A stretch of DNA of 32,000 bases from contig NC_003450.3 of assembly GCF_000011325.1 (NCBI RefSeq), forward strand, positions 2,730,001-2,762,000, in the 5' to 3' direction. The notes below the pieces were generated by a model. That model searched no databases, had not been told where the DNA came from, and saw only the letters and a program-made list of their open reading frames with translations. Positions 1-8,771 of the stretch are shown piece by piece. Source of the stretch: Corynebacterium glutamicum ATCC 13032 (GTDB taxonomy: Bacteria; Actinomycetota; Actinomycetes; Mycobacteriales; Mycobacteriaceae). The position numbers and the translations under genes are program-made. The first letter of the stretch is position 1; each line of letters begins with the position of its first letter.

Positions 1-884
1 TGGATAACTTCGGTGTAGGCCTGGATGTTCTCAAACTTGGATTCCAGCAGGCCTGCCATCACCGCGTTTGGCACGTTGCCCACGCCGGACTGCATGATGT
101 AGCCGTCGTAGGACAGGCGACCTGCAGCAACTTCGCTTTCCAGGAAGTCGAGGAAGTTGCCAGCGATCTTCTTAGAGATGTCGTCGACAGGCTTGAATGG
201 TGCGTTGCGGTCTGCGGTGTTGGTCTCAACAACAGCAACAACCTTGTCGGTGTCGAACTCGATGTAGGTCTTACCGATGCGGTCGCCTGGCTTGTTGATT
301 GGCACGGCAATGCGGTTTGGCAGGGCAGGAACAGACCAGATGTCGTGCATACCTTCGAGGTCTTCAGACTGCCAAGAGTTAACCTCGAGGATGACCTTCT
401 CTGCAGCGTTGAGCCACTCAACGTTGTTACCCACGGAGGAAGAAGGGATGATGTAGCCCTCTTCAGTGATGCGGGTGATTTCAATGACAGCTACGTTGAG
501 CTGGCCGAAGAAGCCCTCTTCAACCTGCTGGCCGGAGTGGGACAGGTGGATATCGGAGTATCCCATGGAGCCGGAGTTGATCTTGTTACGCATGATTGGA
601 TCAGATGCGTATGGCATGCGCCAGCGGATAGCGTCAGCTTCTGCAAGTACGCCATCGCAGTCAGGGGCGGTCGATGCGCCAGTGAACAGGTCGATTGCGT
701 AGTCGTTGCCTGCACCGTGTGCTTCTTTAGCCCGGTTAGCGATTGCCGTAGGCAGTGCCTTTGGGTAGCCAGCGCCGGTGAAGCCGGAGAAACCAACCTT
801 GTCACCGTGGTTAACAAACTGTGCCGCCTCGTCGGCGGACATGAGCTTGGAGCGCAGCTTTTCTGAAGCAATGCGATCAGACAT
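1..884 (-). CDS. actA: acetyl-CoA hydrolase/transferase family protein (acetyl-CoA:CoA transferase); N-terminal ~294 codons, the 3' part runs off the left edge
   Basis: Absent from the ORF track because it is open to the window edge. Reverse translation from the ATG (complement of 882-884) gives MSDRIASEKLRSKLMSADEAAQFVNHGDKVGFSGFTGAGYPKALP..., a typical N-terminus of the Ach1/Cat1 CoA-transferase family. A GAGGAGG SD (complement of 891-897) lies 6 nt upstream. The symbol is from memory of C. glutamicum cg2840. Confidence 0.85.
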   Translation of the reverse strand, partial: MSDRIASEKLRSKLMSADEAAQFVNHGDKVGFSGFTGAGYPKALPTAIANRAKEAHGAGNDYAIDLFTGASTAPDCDGVLAEADAIRWRMPYASDPIMRNKINSGSMGYSDIHLSHSGQQVEEGFFGQLNVAVIEITRITEEGYIIPSSSVGNNVEWLNAAEKVILEVNSWQSEDLEGMHDIWSVPALPNRIAVPINKPGDRIGKTYIEFDTDKVVAVVETNTADRNAPFKPVDDISKKIAGNFLDFLESEVAAGRLSYDGYIMQSGVGNVPNAVMAGLLESKFENIQAYTEVI

Positions 885-1364
885 TGAATACCTCCTCAGG
901 TAATCGGACTTTTTCAAATTTTTCCCGCACTGCTATACCCAAGCAGAACACATAGGTGTGCCACTTCAGCAAGCAGAATGCGACCATTTTAACGTCCGAC
1001 AAAATTCGTTAACGCAGTTCACACCATTGCTTCAAGGTTCGACCAATCTTTTCAGATAGGTCACTTCAACCGGAAGCATATGATGTACCCCACTTTGATG
1101 TTGTGTCCCAAGGATAAACCATCGTGACAGGAAATGCCCGAATACTATCTGTGATAGTGGGATTTCAAGGCCCAGCATTACCCCCAAATTTGCATGCCCC
1201 CTGTTTGCAAGCCTCCCAAAGCCCAGGAATAAAGCTCAGACCAACCCTAGAGCCCGCGAAGCTTAACCCAACCCCAGCCCCCAAAAAGTGAAAGCACACC
1301 ACTTTCCTAGTTGCGCCCTGCTCACAATTTGCTTCAAATATTTTGCCCAACCTGATTCACGGGG

Positions 1365-1370
1365 GACAAT
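1365..1370 (+). promoter_or_regulatory. -10-like hexamer GACAAT 6 nt upstream of the dus GTG (possible leaderless start)
   Basis: GACAAT-agttag-GTG. No SD-like purine run lies in front of the start codon. Confidence 0.25.
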
Positions 1371-1376
1371 AGTTAG

Positions 1377-2522
1377 GTGACTTTAAAAATCGGCCCCTTT
1401 GACCTTGCCTCCCCTGTGGTTCTAGCCCCCATGGCTGGTGTAACCAACGTTGCTTTCCGCACGCTGTGCCGTGAACAGGAAATGCAACGCACGGGAACAA
1501 TCTCGGGGCTGTACGTCTGTGAAATGGTGACTGCGCGTGCTCTTGTTGAGCGCAATGAGAAAACCATGCACATGACCACCTTCGCGCCGGATGAAAATCC
1601 CCGAAGCTTGCAGCTGTACACGGTTGACCCGAAGTACACCTACGAAGCGGCGAAGATGATCGTTGATGAAAACTTGGCGGATCATATTGATATGAACTTT
1701 GGCTGCCCGGTTCCAAAGGTCACGCGCCGGGGTGGCGGTTCTGCGATTCCTTACAAGCGCCGTTTGTTTGAAAACATCGTTTCCGCGGCTGTGAAGGCTA
1801 CGGAAGGCACGGACATTCCGGTGACGGTGAAGTTCCGCGTTGGTATTGATGATGAGCACCATACTCACTTGGATGCTGGACGCATTGCTGTCGACGCCGG
1901 CGCGAAGTCCGTAGCGCTTCACGCCCGCACTGCGGCGCAGCGCTATTCCGGTGAGGCTGATTGGAACGAGATCGCGCGCCTGAAGGAGCATTTGGCAGAT
2001 ACCGGCATCCCAGTTTTGGGCAATGGCGATATTTTCGCGGCATCCGATGCAACGCGCATGATGGAGCAAACTGGCTGCGATGGCGTCGTGGTTGGGCGTG
2101 GTTGCCTGGGCAGGCCTTGGCTCTTTGCTGAGCTGTCTGCTGCTGTTCGTGGAGAAGAAATCCCAGAGGAGCCTACCTTCGGCGAAGTTACCCAAATCAT
2201 CCTGCGCCACGCAGAACTCCTCATGCAGCATGATGGCGAAACCAAGGGGCTGCGCGATCTGCGTAAGCACATGGGTTGGTACCTGCGCGGTTTCCCTGTT
2301 GGCGGCGAATTCCGCTCCAATCTGGCCAAGGTTTCCACCTATGTGGAGCTTGAGGATCTCCTAGCACCATGGGCTGACTCCACCGCCAAGGCAGAGGACG
2401 CGGAAGGTGCACGAGGTCGACAGGGCGCTCCTGCAAAGGTGGCACTTCCAGATGGCTGGTTGGACGATCCTGAGGATGCCACTGTTCCTAAAGGCGCAGA
2501 AATGGAAAACTCCGGAGGGTAG
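1377..2522 (+). CDS. dus: tRNA-dihydrouridine synthase (Dus family, FMN TIM barrel)
   Basis: 381-aa ORF with a GTG start. It has the N-terminal LAPMAGVTNVAFR motif, DMNFGCP, and GNGDI...GCDGVVVGRG, typical of Dus enzymes. Confidence 0.9.
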   Translation: MTLKIGPFDLASPVVLAPMAGVTNVAFRTLCREQEMQRTGTISGLYVCEMVTARALVERNEKTMHMTTFAPDENPRSLQLYTVDPKYTYEAAKMIVDENLADHIDMNFGCPVPKVTRRGGGSAIPYKRRLFENIVSAAVKATEGTDIPVTVKFRVGIDDEHHTHLDAGRIAVDAGAKSVALHARTAAQRYSGEADWNEIARLKEHLADTGIPVLGNGDIFAASDATRMMEQTGCDGVVVGRGCLGRPWLFAELSAAVRGEEIPEEPTFGEVTQIILRHAELLMQHDGETKGLRDLRKHMGWYLRGFPVGGEFRSNLAKVSTYVELEDLLAPWADSTAKAEDAEGARGRQGAPAKVALPDGWLDDPEDATVPKGAEMENSGG

Positions 2523-2624
2523 TTAATTTAATACTTACCCCCGCCAATAGTTGGCTATCCCCCATTATTAGGTGATTCAATCTTAAAGGGGTGTTTTAGG
2601 CCTGCAGAAATACCATTATCGCCT

Positions 2625-2630
2625 TATAGT
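2625..2630 (+). promoter_or_regulatory. -10-like hexamer TATAGT 6 nt upstream of the phoU ATG (probable leaderless transcript)
   Basis: The sequence ccttTATAGTgttgccATG has no SD. The spacing fits a transcription start at the A of the ATG. Confidence 0.4.
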
Positions 2631-2636
2631 GTTGCC

Positions 2637-3371
2637 ATGCGTACTGCATATAGACAGCAATTGGATGAATTCGCACACAATCTAATCATTTTGTGTGATC
2701 TAACTAAGGAGTGCATGGATAAGGCGACTGATGCCCTCCTGCGCACTTCTTTGGCATCGGCAGAAAGCGCTTTAGGCAATGCAGAAAAGCTTGAAGAGCT
2801 TCGTACTGGATGCGAGTCTCAAGCCGTCGAACTTTTGGCGCTTGAAACTCCTGTAGCCCGTGATCTTCGCCAGGTTGTCTCCTCCATCTACATCGTCGAG
2901 GAAATTACCCGTATGGGTGCTCTGGCAATGCACGTGGCTAATTCCGTGCGCCGCCGTTACCCCGATCCGGTGATCCCGGAGGACATGCGTGGCTATTTCA
3001 AGGAGATGGCCCGCCTCGCAGCTGACATGACAGATCATATTCGTCAGATCCTCATTGATCCTGAACCAGATCTTGCCCTAGAGATGGCTAAAAGCGATGA
3101 CGCGGTGGATGATCTGCATCAGCACATCATGCGTATTCTCACGCTGCGTCCTTGGCCTCACGACACCAAGAGCGCGGTTGATTTGACGCTGCTTTCCCGC
3201 TTCTACGAGCGTTACGCCGATCACACGGTAAACGTGGCCGCCCGTATCATTTACCTGTCCACCGGGCTGCACCCGGAGGAGTACATGGAAAAGCGCGAGC
3301 AACAAAGGGCCGATGCCGACATGGAGAAGCGCTGGGCCGAGCTGGAGCGGCAGTTCCGCACCAGCGAGTAA
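2637..3371 (+). CDS. phoU: phosphate transport system regulatory protein PhoU
   Basis: 244-aa ORF with the two-repeat PhoU helical pattern (ARDLRQVVSSIYIVEEITRMG; DDAVDDLHQHI; ERYADHTVNVA). It is convergent with pstB. Confidence 0.9.
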   Translation: MRTAYRQQLDEFAHNLIILCDLTKECMDKATDALLRTSLASAESALGNAEKLEELRTGCESQAVELLALETPVARDLRQVVSSIYIVEEITRMGALAMHVANSVRRRYPDPVIPEDMRGYFKEMARLAADMTDHIRQILIDPEPDLALEMAKSDDAVDDLHQHIMRILTLRPWPHDTKSAVDLTLLSRFYERYADHTVNVAARIIYLSTGLHPEEYMEKREQQRADADMEKRWAELERQFRTSE

Positions 3372-3390
3372 AAAGCTGCTTCTCGACGCT

Positions 3391-3442
3391 AAAAGCCACT
3401 ACCCACCATCTGAAATTAATCAGGTGGTGGGTAGTGGCTTTA
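3391..3442. terminator. bidirectional intrinsic terminator between phoU and pstB
   Basis: A 14-bp perfect stem, GCCACTACCCACCA (3395-3408) / TGGTGGGTAGTGGC (3425-3438), is flanked by AAAA on the left and TTT on the right. Confidence 0.8.
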
Positions 3443-3452
3443 ATTCTTCGAT

Positions 3453-4226
3453 TTATCCGAAGCGGCCGGAGATGTAATCTTCGGTTTCCTTCTGATCTGG
3501 GTTTTCGAAGATCTTCTTGGTAGGTCCGATTTCAACCAGACGACCTGGCCTACCGGTCGCCTCCAGGGAGTAGAACGCGGTCTGATCGGACACACGTGCA
3601 GCCTGCTGCATGTTGTGGGTCACGATGACGATGGTGAACTCTTCCTTCAGCTCGTGGATAAGGTCCTCCACAGCCAGGGTTGAGATTGGGTCAAGCGCGG
3701 AGCAAGGCTCGTCCATGAGGAGGATTTCTGGCTCAACCGCGATCGCGCGAGCGATGCACAGACGCTGCTGCTGACCACCGGAGAGGCCGCCGCCTGGCTT
3801 GTCCAGACGATCCTTAACCTCTTCCCACAGGTTTGCGCCACGAAGAGACTTCTCAGCAACTTCCTTGAGCTTCTTCTTGTTCTTCTCGCCGGAAAGCTTC
3901 AGACCTGCAACCACGTTGTCCTCGATGGACATGGTTGGGAATGGGTTAGCCTTCTGGAAGACCATGCCGATGGTGTTACGGACTGCAACTGGGTCGATCT
4001 TGGAGCCGTAGATGTTCTCACCGTCGAGAAGGATCTCGCCCTTGACGTATGCACCTGGGGTGACCTCGTGCATACGATTGATGGAGCGGAGAACTGTGGA
4101 CTTGCCACAGCCGGATGGTCCGATGAATGCGGTGACAGAGCGTGCAGGAACCTCGAGGTTCACGTTCTGCACTGCGTGGAAATCACCGTAGTAGATGTTG
4201 ACATCATTGAGCTTGAGCTTCGACAT
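3453..4226 (-). CDS. pstB: phosphate ABC transporter ATP-binding protein PstB
   Basis: Walker [13 protein letters not shown] signature LSGGQQQR and Walker [13 protein letters not shown] are present. The start is set at [14 protein letters not shown] (ATG, complement of 4224-4226), which has an AGGAG SD about 10 nt upstream. The longer track ORF (to 4352) overlaps pstA. Confidence 0.93.
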   Translation of the reverse strand: MSKLKLNDVNIYYGDFHAVQNVNLEVPARSVTAFIGPSGCGKSTVLRSINRMHEVTPGAYVKGEILLDGENIYGSKIDPVAVRNTIGMVFQKANPFPTMSIEDNVVAGLKLSGEKNKKKLKEVAEKSLRGANLWEEVKDRLDKPGGGLSGGQQQRLCIARAIAVEPEILLMDEPCSALDPISTLAVEDLIHELKEEFTIVIVTHNMQQAARVSDQTAFYSLEATGRPGRLVEIGPTKKIFENPDQKETEDYISGRFG

Positions 4227-4261
4227 CGCTTTAGATACTCCTGTTGTATTTTCTGAGATTA

Positions 4262-5185
4262 TTATTGCTTGACAGAGAACTTGGCGGAGATGATTCGTGC
4301 GCCAATGTTCAGGACAGCGATGATGAGCACCAGGGTGAGGGCTGCGCCCCACAGCTTGTCCAGCGTTGCTGGTGCGGTGCCGGCCTTGTACATATCAAGC
4401 ATCATCAGTGGAAGGGAAGCCTGCGGACCGCCGAATGGGTTCCAGTTGATGGCCTGGGAGGAACCAACCAAGACCAGAACTGGTGCGGACTCACCCATGA
4501 CACGAGCGACTGCGAGCATGACGCCGGTGACGATACCGGACAGTGCGGTTGGGAGAACGATCTTTGCGATGGTCTTCCACTTTGGCACGCCCAGTGCGTA
4601 GGACGCTTCACGCAGATCCTGAGGAACAACGCGGAGCATTTCTTCGGTGTTTCGGATGATCACTGGAACCATCAAAATCACCAGTGACAGGGACACTGCG
4701 AAGCCGGAGCGGTCGAAGCCGAAGAGCACGATCCACAAGGAGTACACGAACAGTGCCGCAACGATGGAAGGAACACCGGTGAGGATGTCAACCATGAAGG
4801 TGGTCAAGCGTCCGAGACGGTTACCGTTGGAGTATTCCACCAAGTAGATTGCGGTGAAGATACCGATTGGAATGGAAATCACCGAGGTGACTACCGCCTG
4901 CATGAAGGTACCGATCATGGCGTGAGCTGCACCGCCGCCTGGCAGCATCAGCATGACGCCAGCCTGGGAGGTGGACCACCAATCAGCAGTGAGGATCGGA
5001 GCGATGCCTCGAGAGATCACGGTCCACAGCACCCAAACCAGTGGCACAGCTGCGATGAGCATCGCACCATAAATGATGACGGTTGCTGCGGTGTTGGTGG
5101 TCTTACGGCTGGAGGAGATGTCGGTGAAGGCTGAGCTCTTCTTTAAAGGCTCATCCATGCGCGGAGTAACAACATTGTTAGTCAT
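4262..5185 (-). CDS. pstA: phosphate ABC transporter permease PstA
   Basis: 307-aa polytopic membrane protein with the permease EAA-type loop ([15 protein letters not shown]). A GAAGGGGA SD lies upstream, and the start is 14 nt after the pstC stop. Confidence 0.9.
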   Translation of the reverse strand: MTNNVVTPRMDEPLKKSSAFTDISSSRKTTNTAATVIIYGAMLIAAVPLVWVLWTVISRGIAPILTADWWSTSQAGVMLMLPGGGAAHAMIGTFMQAVVTSVISIPIGIFTAIYLVEYSNGNRLGRLTTFMVDILTGVPSIVAALFVYSLWIVLFGFDRSGFAVSLSLVILMVPVIIRNTEEMLRVVPQDLREASYALGVPKWKTIAKIVLPTALSGIVTGVMLAVARVMGESAPVLVLVGSSQAINWNPFGGPQASLPLMMLDMYKAGTAPATLDKLWGAALTLVLIIAVLNIGARIISAKFSVKQ

Positions 5186-5199
5186 GATTTTGTCCCCTT

Positions 5200-6267
5200 C
5201 TACTTTCCGCGGTTAACCATGGCGCGAGCGCCAGCGTTGACGATGAAGGTAAGGGCGAACAGCACGAGGCCGGCGGAGATGTACGCGCCTGCGCGGGTGT
5301 TGTCGTTGAATTCTGGAGCGGCATTGGCGATGGCCGTTGCGAAGGTGGTACCGCCATCGAAAAGCGAGAAGCGGAACGCCGAGGATGGAGAAACAACCAT
5401 GTATAGCGCCATGGTCTCACCCAGTGCGCGGCCGAGGCCGAGCATCGCGCCGGAAACGTAGCCGGACATTCCGAATGGGAGAACCGTCAAACGAACGACT
5501 TCCCAGCGGGTTGCGCCAAGTGCAAGAGCAGATTCAATGTGGCCCTTTGGAGTCTGTATGAAAACTTCACGTGCGGTTGCTGCGATAACAGGAAGGATCA
5601 TCACTGCGAGCACGATGCCACCGGTGAGCATGTTACGGCCGGTAGCAAAAGAAGGTGAGTTTTGGTAAGTAGCGAAGAGGAAGAAGCTTCCGCCCCAGCT
5701 TTCAATCCAGGTGTAGAAACCGGACAGAGCTGGTCCGAGCACCTGCCAGCCCCAAAGGCCGTAGACGATGGAAGGCACAGCAGCCAGCATGTCCACCATG
5801 TAGCCAAGTGGCTTAACCAGGCGCTTTGGTGAGTAGTTGGACAAGAAGATCGCAATACCAAGAGCAATCGGCATGGCGATGATCAGTGCGATGACAGAGA
5901 TGAGAAGTGTTGCAGCTAGCAGGTTTGGAATACCGAAGTACATTGCATCAATGTCGGTGGTGTTCCAAGCGCCTGAATAAGTGAAGAATCCGCCAATACC
6001 TTCAGCATTTCGCATCAAGGCGGGAACAGCACGCCAGATAAGGAACGCCGCAATGGCAATGATTATCGCAGTAATGATTGCTGCAGAAGCGGTGGATAGG
6101 ACTTCGAAGATGCGATCGCCGGGACGCTTAACGCTTCCGCCACCTTCGGCGACAATCTTCTTTGAAGGCTTGGTCTGAGAGGAGTTCGCATTAACTGCTA
6201 CAGGATGTGCCTGCACCCTGGTTGCATCCAGGCGTTGCTTCTCCGAGACTGACTCATTAGTGGCCAT
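5200..6267 (-). CDS. pstC: phosphate ABC transporter permease PstC
   Basis: 355-aa membrane protein with the EAA-type loop (ESALALGATRWEV). An AAGGAAA SD lies about 10 nt upstream of the ATG at 6267. Confidence 0.9.
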   Translation of the reverse strand: MATNESVSEKQRLDATRVQAHPVAVNANSSQTKPSKKIVAEGGGSVKRPGDRIFEVLSTASAAIITAIIIAIAAFLIWRAVPALMRNAEGIGGFFTYSGAWNTTDIDAMYFGIPNLLAATLLISVIALIIAMPIALGIAIFLSNYSPKRLVKPLGYMVDMLAAVPSIVYGLWGWQVLGPALSGFYTWIESWGGSFFLFATYQNSPSFATGRNMLTGGIVLAVMILPVIAATAREVFIQTPKGHIESALALGATRWEVVRLTVLPFGMSGYVSGAMLGLGRALGETMALYMVVSPSSAFRFSLFDGGTTFATAIANAAPEFNDNTRAGAYISAGLVLFALTFIVNAGARAMVNRGK

Positions 6268-6310
6268 TGGTGGTTTATTTCCTTAACTGGCGTATTGATA
6301 AAAAGCTTGT

Positions 6311-6360
6311 TAGGAAAATCGGGCGCCCTACCCCCAATTGCTGGGAGAGGGCGCCCGATT
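6311..6360 (-). terminator. intercistronic stem-loop / partial terminator between pstS and pstC
   Basis: A 13-bp perfect inverted repeat, AATCGGGCGCCCT (6317-6329) / AGGGCGCCCGATT (6348-6360), lies about 50 nt after the pstS stop. On the transcribed strand it is followed by TTTTCC. Confidence 0.6.
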
Positions 6361-6411
6361 CACTTAAAGTGCAACTTCACACTGGTTTCGTGAAGCTACG
6401 GCAGCGGTTTA

Positions 6412-7539
6412 TTACTGAATTGCTTCAACTGCTGCAACGAGGCGATCGTAGTGCTCGCCGGTAACTGGGATGTAGCCGAGAGCCTCGAGCTGGTCATCCT
6501 GGGAGTCCAGTGCAACGGTCAGGAAGTCCTTGACCTGGTCGCGGGTGGTCTCGTCGTAGCCTGCGGAGCAGACGATTTCGTAGGTGGTGAGGATCAGTGG
6601 GTAAGCACCGGCTTCGTTCATTGCGAACATAGCGTCGGTGTCAACAACCATGTTGTGGCCCTCAGTCAGGAAGTCGAGTGCACCAAGTGCAACGCCAACG
6701 GACTCAGCGTTGAGTTCAACTGGGCCGGAACCGAAGTCGATGTTTGCAACGCCCAGGCCGGACTGGTTAGCGAAACCAGCTTCAACGTAGGTGATTGCAC
6801 CCTCGATGTTGGAAGCCTCAGAAGCTACACCGTTGGAGCCCTGCGCACCGGAGCCAACCTCGGTTGGGAACTGCTGGCCTTCGGTCTCCCAGATGTCGGT
6901 GGAAGCTCCGAGGAACTTCTGGAAGTTGTCGGAGGTACCGGACTCTTCGGAACGGTACAGAACGGAGATGTCCTGGTCTGGGAGGTCGGTGCCCTCGTTC
7001 TGGGAAGCGATTGCTTCGTCGTTCCACTTGGTGATCTCGCCCTTGAAGATCTGAGCGATGATGTTGGTGTCCAGGTTCAGGGTGTCAACGCCAGGCAGGT
7101 TGTAAGCAACTGCAACTGGGCCGATAACGAATGGCAGGTGCCATGCTTCGTTGCCGTTGCAACGTGCTTCTGCTTCTGCAGCCTGGTCGTCCTTCATTGC
7201 GGAGTCGGAGCCACCGAAAGCAACCTGGCCTGCAGCGAAGTTGGTGCGGCCGGAACCGGAACCTGAAGGGGTGTAAGCCAGAGATGCACCGCTGACAGCC
7301 TCGGAGTAACGGATACCAAAGTAGTCCATTGCGGACTGCTGGGAAGATGCACCTTCAGCAACGAGCTGACCGGTAACACCGGAAAGGCCCTCAATGGATG
7401 CAGCATCGGAAGAACCGGTGGAAGCTGCAGATGAGGAGGTGGAATCAGACTCATTGGAGTCGGAGCAAGCTACAAGAGCGAAGGAGCCTGCAGTAACTGC
7501 GCCCACAAGGGCGATGGAGCGCTTAAGAGTGAGGTTCAC
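6412..7539 (-). CDS. pstS: phosphate-binding lipoprotein PstS
   Basis: 375-aa ORF with a GTG start and a GGAAAGG SD. The signal peptide carries a lipobox (SFALVAC) followed by a Ser-rich linker. The rest is a type-2 periplasmic phosphate-binding fold (SGSGSGRTNF). Confidence 0.92.
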   Translation of the reverse strand: MNLTLKRSIALVGAVTAGSFALVACSDSNESDSTSSSAASTGSSDAASIEGLSGVTGQLVAEGASSQQSAMDYFGIRYSEAVSGASLAYTPSGSGSGRTNFAAGQVAFGGSDSAMKDDQAAEAEARCNGNEAWHLPFVIGPVAVAYNLPGVDTLNLDTNIIAQIFKGEITKWNDEAIASQNEGTDLPDQDISVLYRSEESGTSDNFQKFLGASTDIWETEGQQFPTEVGSGAQGSNGVASEASNIEGAITYVEAGFANQSGLGVANIDFGSGPVELNAESVGVALGALDFLTEGHNMVVDTDAMFAMNEAGAYPLILTTYEIVCSAGYDETTRDQVKDFLTVALDSQDDQLEALGYIPVTGEHYDRLVAAVEAIQ

Positions 7540-7749
7540 GGGGAAGCCTTTCCGGTTTAAGTGAAGACATCGTCTGAGCAGATCCTGTAGGCGGGCTAGT
7601 TTCCCTCCGGATTGCTCACGACTTAAAAACCTAAGACCTTGAAATGACTAACTCAGGCTAATTTGGTTAACAACTTATGAACTCTGGGCTATCGTTCGGC
7701 AAATTCTGCCACTACCCACATCTCACTCGTAACATTTGGAGACTCTAAT
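7540..7749 (-). promoter_or_regulatory. pstSCAB promoter / 5' region
   Basis: A 210-bp non-coding stretch lies between the mshD terminator and the pstS start. The exact promoter was not determined. Candidate GlxR-like and RamB-like boxes are described in the findings. Confidence 0.5.
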
Positions 7750-7796
7750 CACAAAAATCGGCAATTTTCGACCCCTGCGGAACGAAAATCACCGAT
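7750..7796 (-). terminator. intrinsic terminator of mshD
   Basis: An inverted repeat, ATCGGCAATTTTCG (7757-7770) / CGAAAATCACCGAT (7783-7796), pairs at 12 of 14 positions. On the minus strand it is followed by TTTTTGTG. Confidence 0.65.
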
Positions 7797-7833
7797 TCTT
7801 ATTATTCTCACAGGTTTTTAGCAAGTCTCTTTT

Positions 7834-8712
7834 TTACTTTTCGTAAACTACGTGGCTTTCCGCGACAGTGAATCCCAGTTTTTCGTATGCCGCGACTGCC
7901 GGAGTGTTGCCAGCTTCCACATAAAGAATCACTTTTCGAGCACCATGAGCCCTCATGTGATGCAGTCCGAGGCGAACAAGCGGATCTCCCAAGCCGCGAC
8001 CACGGTAGGCTGAAGAAAGGCCAACTACGTAAATCTCTTGTAATTCTGGACTGTGCTGCTTTACCCAGTGGAAGCCAACGATCTCTTCGCCGTCCCAGAG
8101 GAATAACACGTCAGAGTCCTTGTACCAATCGGCTTTCTGAGCCTGCGCCAACCGATGAGTTGTCCATCCGCCCTGCTCGGGATGCCAGTCGAATGCTTCG
8201 TTGTTGGATTGAAGCCATTTAGCCTCAGCTACTGATTTCTCCACAGGGGCATTCGCCAAACTACTGTGTGTAATTCCATCTGGATCTTTGTATGCTGCAG
8301 AGTCATCGAGCGCCCTGTCGGAAATCTCCATCACCAGAAGCTCGCGAGTCTTCTTCATACGCAGGGTGGATGCCAACGCTTGTGCACCTGCTGTATTTCC
8401 ATGCGCCCAGATTGATGAGGTGGGGGTGGCGTCGATAAGCGCCTTACCGATTCCCTGACGCCTGTGCGCCGGGTGGACAGCCAGTTCCGTGGTTTCCTCA
8501 TCCGTGGCCGCGAGGCCAACCAGTTTGTCATTGAGCGTGACTATTAAATGGGAGTGACCAAGTCCGGGTTCTGCAAGCCCACGGACAAATTGTTCTGATA
8601 AAGCATCCACGCCATCAACTGCGCGAACCTCCTTCAAAAGCAATAGTGCCTGCTCACGGAGGTCACGATCCAGCGCGATTTGAGTGCTTTTAATACGATC
8701 GGAAGTATTCAT
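7834..8712 (-). CDS. mshD: mycothiol synthase (mycothiol acetyltransferase) MshD
   Basis: 292-aa protein with two tandem GNAT domains and acetyl-CoA motifs RRQGIGKAL and RGRGLG. Its position next to the pst/phoU genes matches mycobacteria (Rv0819). Confidence 0.85.
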   Translation of the reverse strand: MNTSDRIKSTQIALDRDLREQALLLLKEVRAVDGVDALSEQFVRGLAEPGLGHSHLIVTLNDKLVGLAATDEETTELAVHPAHRRQGIGKALIDATPTSSIWAHGNTAGAQALASTLRMKKTRELLVMEISDRALDDSAAYKDPDGITHSSLANAPVEKSVAEAKWLQSNNEAFDWHPEQGGWTTHRLAQAQKADWYKDSDVLFLWDGEEIVGFHWVKQHSPELQEIYVVGLSSAYRGRGLGDPLVRLGLHHMRAHGARKVILYVEAGNTPAVAAYEKLGFTVAESHVVYEK

Positions 8713-8718
8713 GTCCCC

Positions 8719-8724
8719 AGGTTA
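8719..8724 (-). promoter_or_regulatory. -10-like hexamer TAACCT 6 nt upstream of the mshD ATG (possible leaderless start)
   Basis: The minus strand reads TAACCT-ggggac-ATG. The G run is too close to the ATG to act as an SD. Confidence 0.3.
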
Positions 8725-8771
8725 GCCCCAAGTTTGAATCTCTTGCAGGAACGTGGGGTAAAGATATAGAT

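Noticed and set aside
1165-1350. 61-aa ORF in the actA-dus intergenic region
   Set aside because: Its repetitive peptide (GVGLSFAGSRVGLSF) simply reflects the C-rich DNA direct repeats. There is no SD, and it lies in a probable promoter region.
1422-2270. 282-aa minus-strand ORF and other ORFs overlapping dus (1357-1716, 1943-2338)
   Set aside because: The plus-strand frame gives a full-length Dus protein with all its motifs. The overlapping frames have no recognisable features.
4227-4352. N-terminal extensions of track ORFs: pstB (to 4352), nucH (from 23912), purM (to 16051), lipid kinase (to 10801), nitrobindin-like (from 10593)
   Set aside because: The extensions overlap neighbouring genes or lack an SD. 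Internal starts give canonical N-termini: MSKLKLNDV for PstB, a signal peptide for NucH, and MSDHQDTT with an SD for PurM. The extended sequences are non-conserved-looking basic or Pro-rich junk.
6451-7266. 271-aa ORF antisense to pstS
   Set aside because: It is a shadow ORF on the opposite strand of a clearly real lipoprotein gene. Its composition is V/G/L-rich and nonsensical, and it has no start-site signals.
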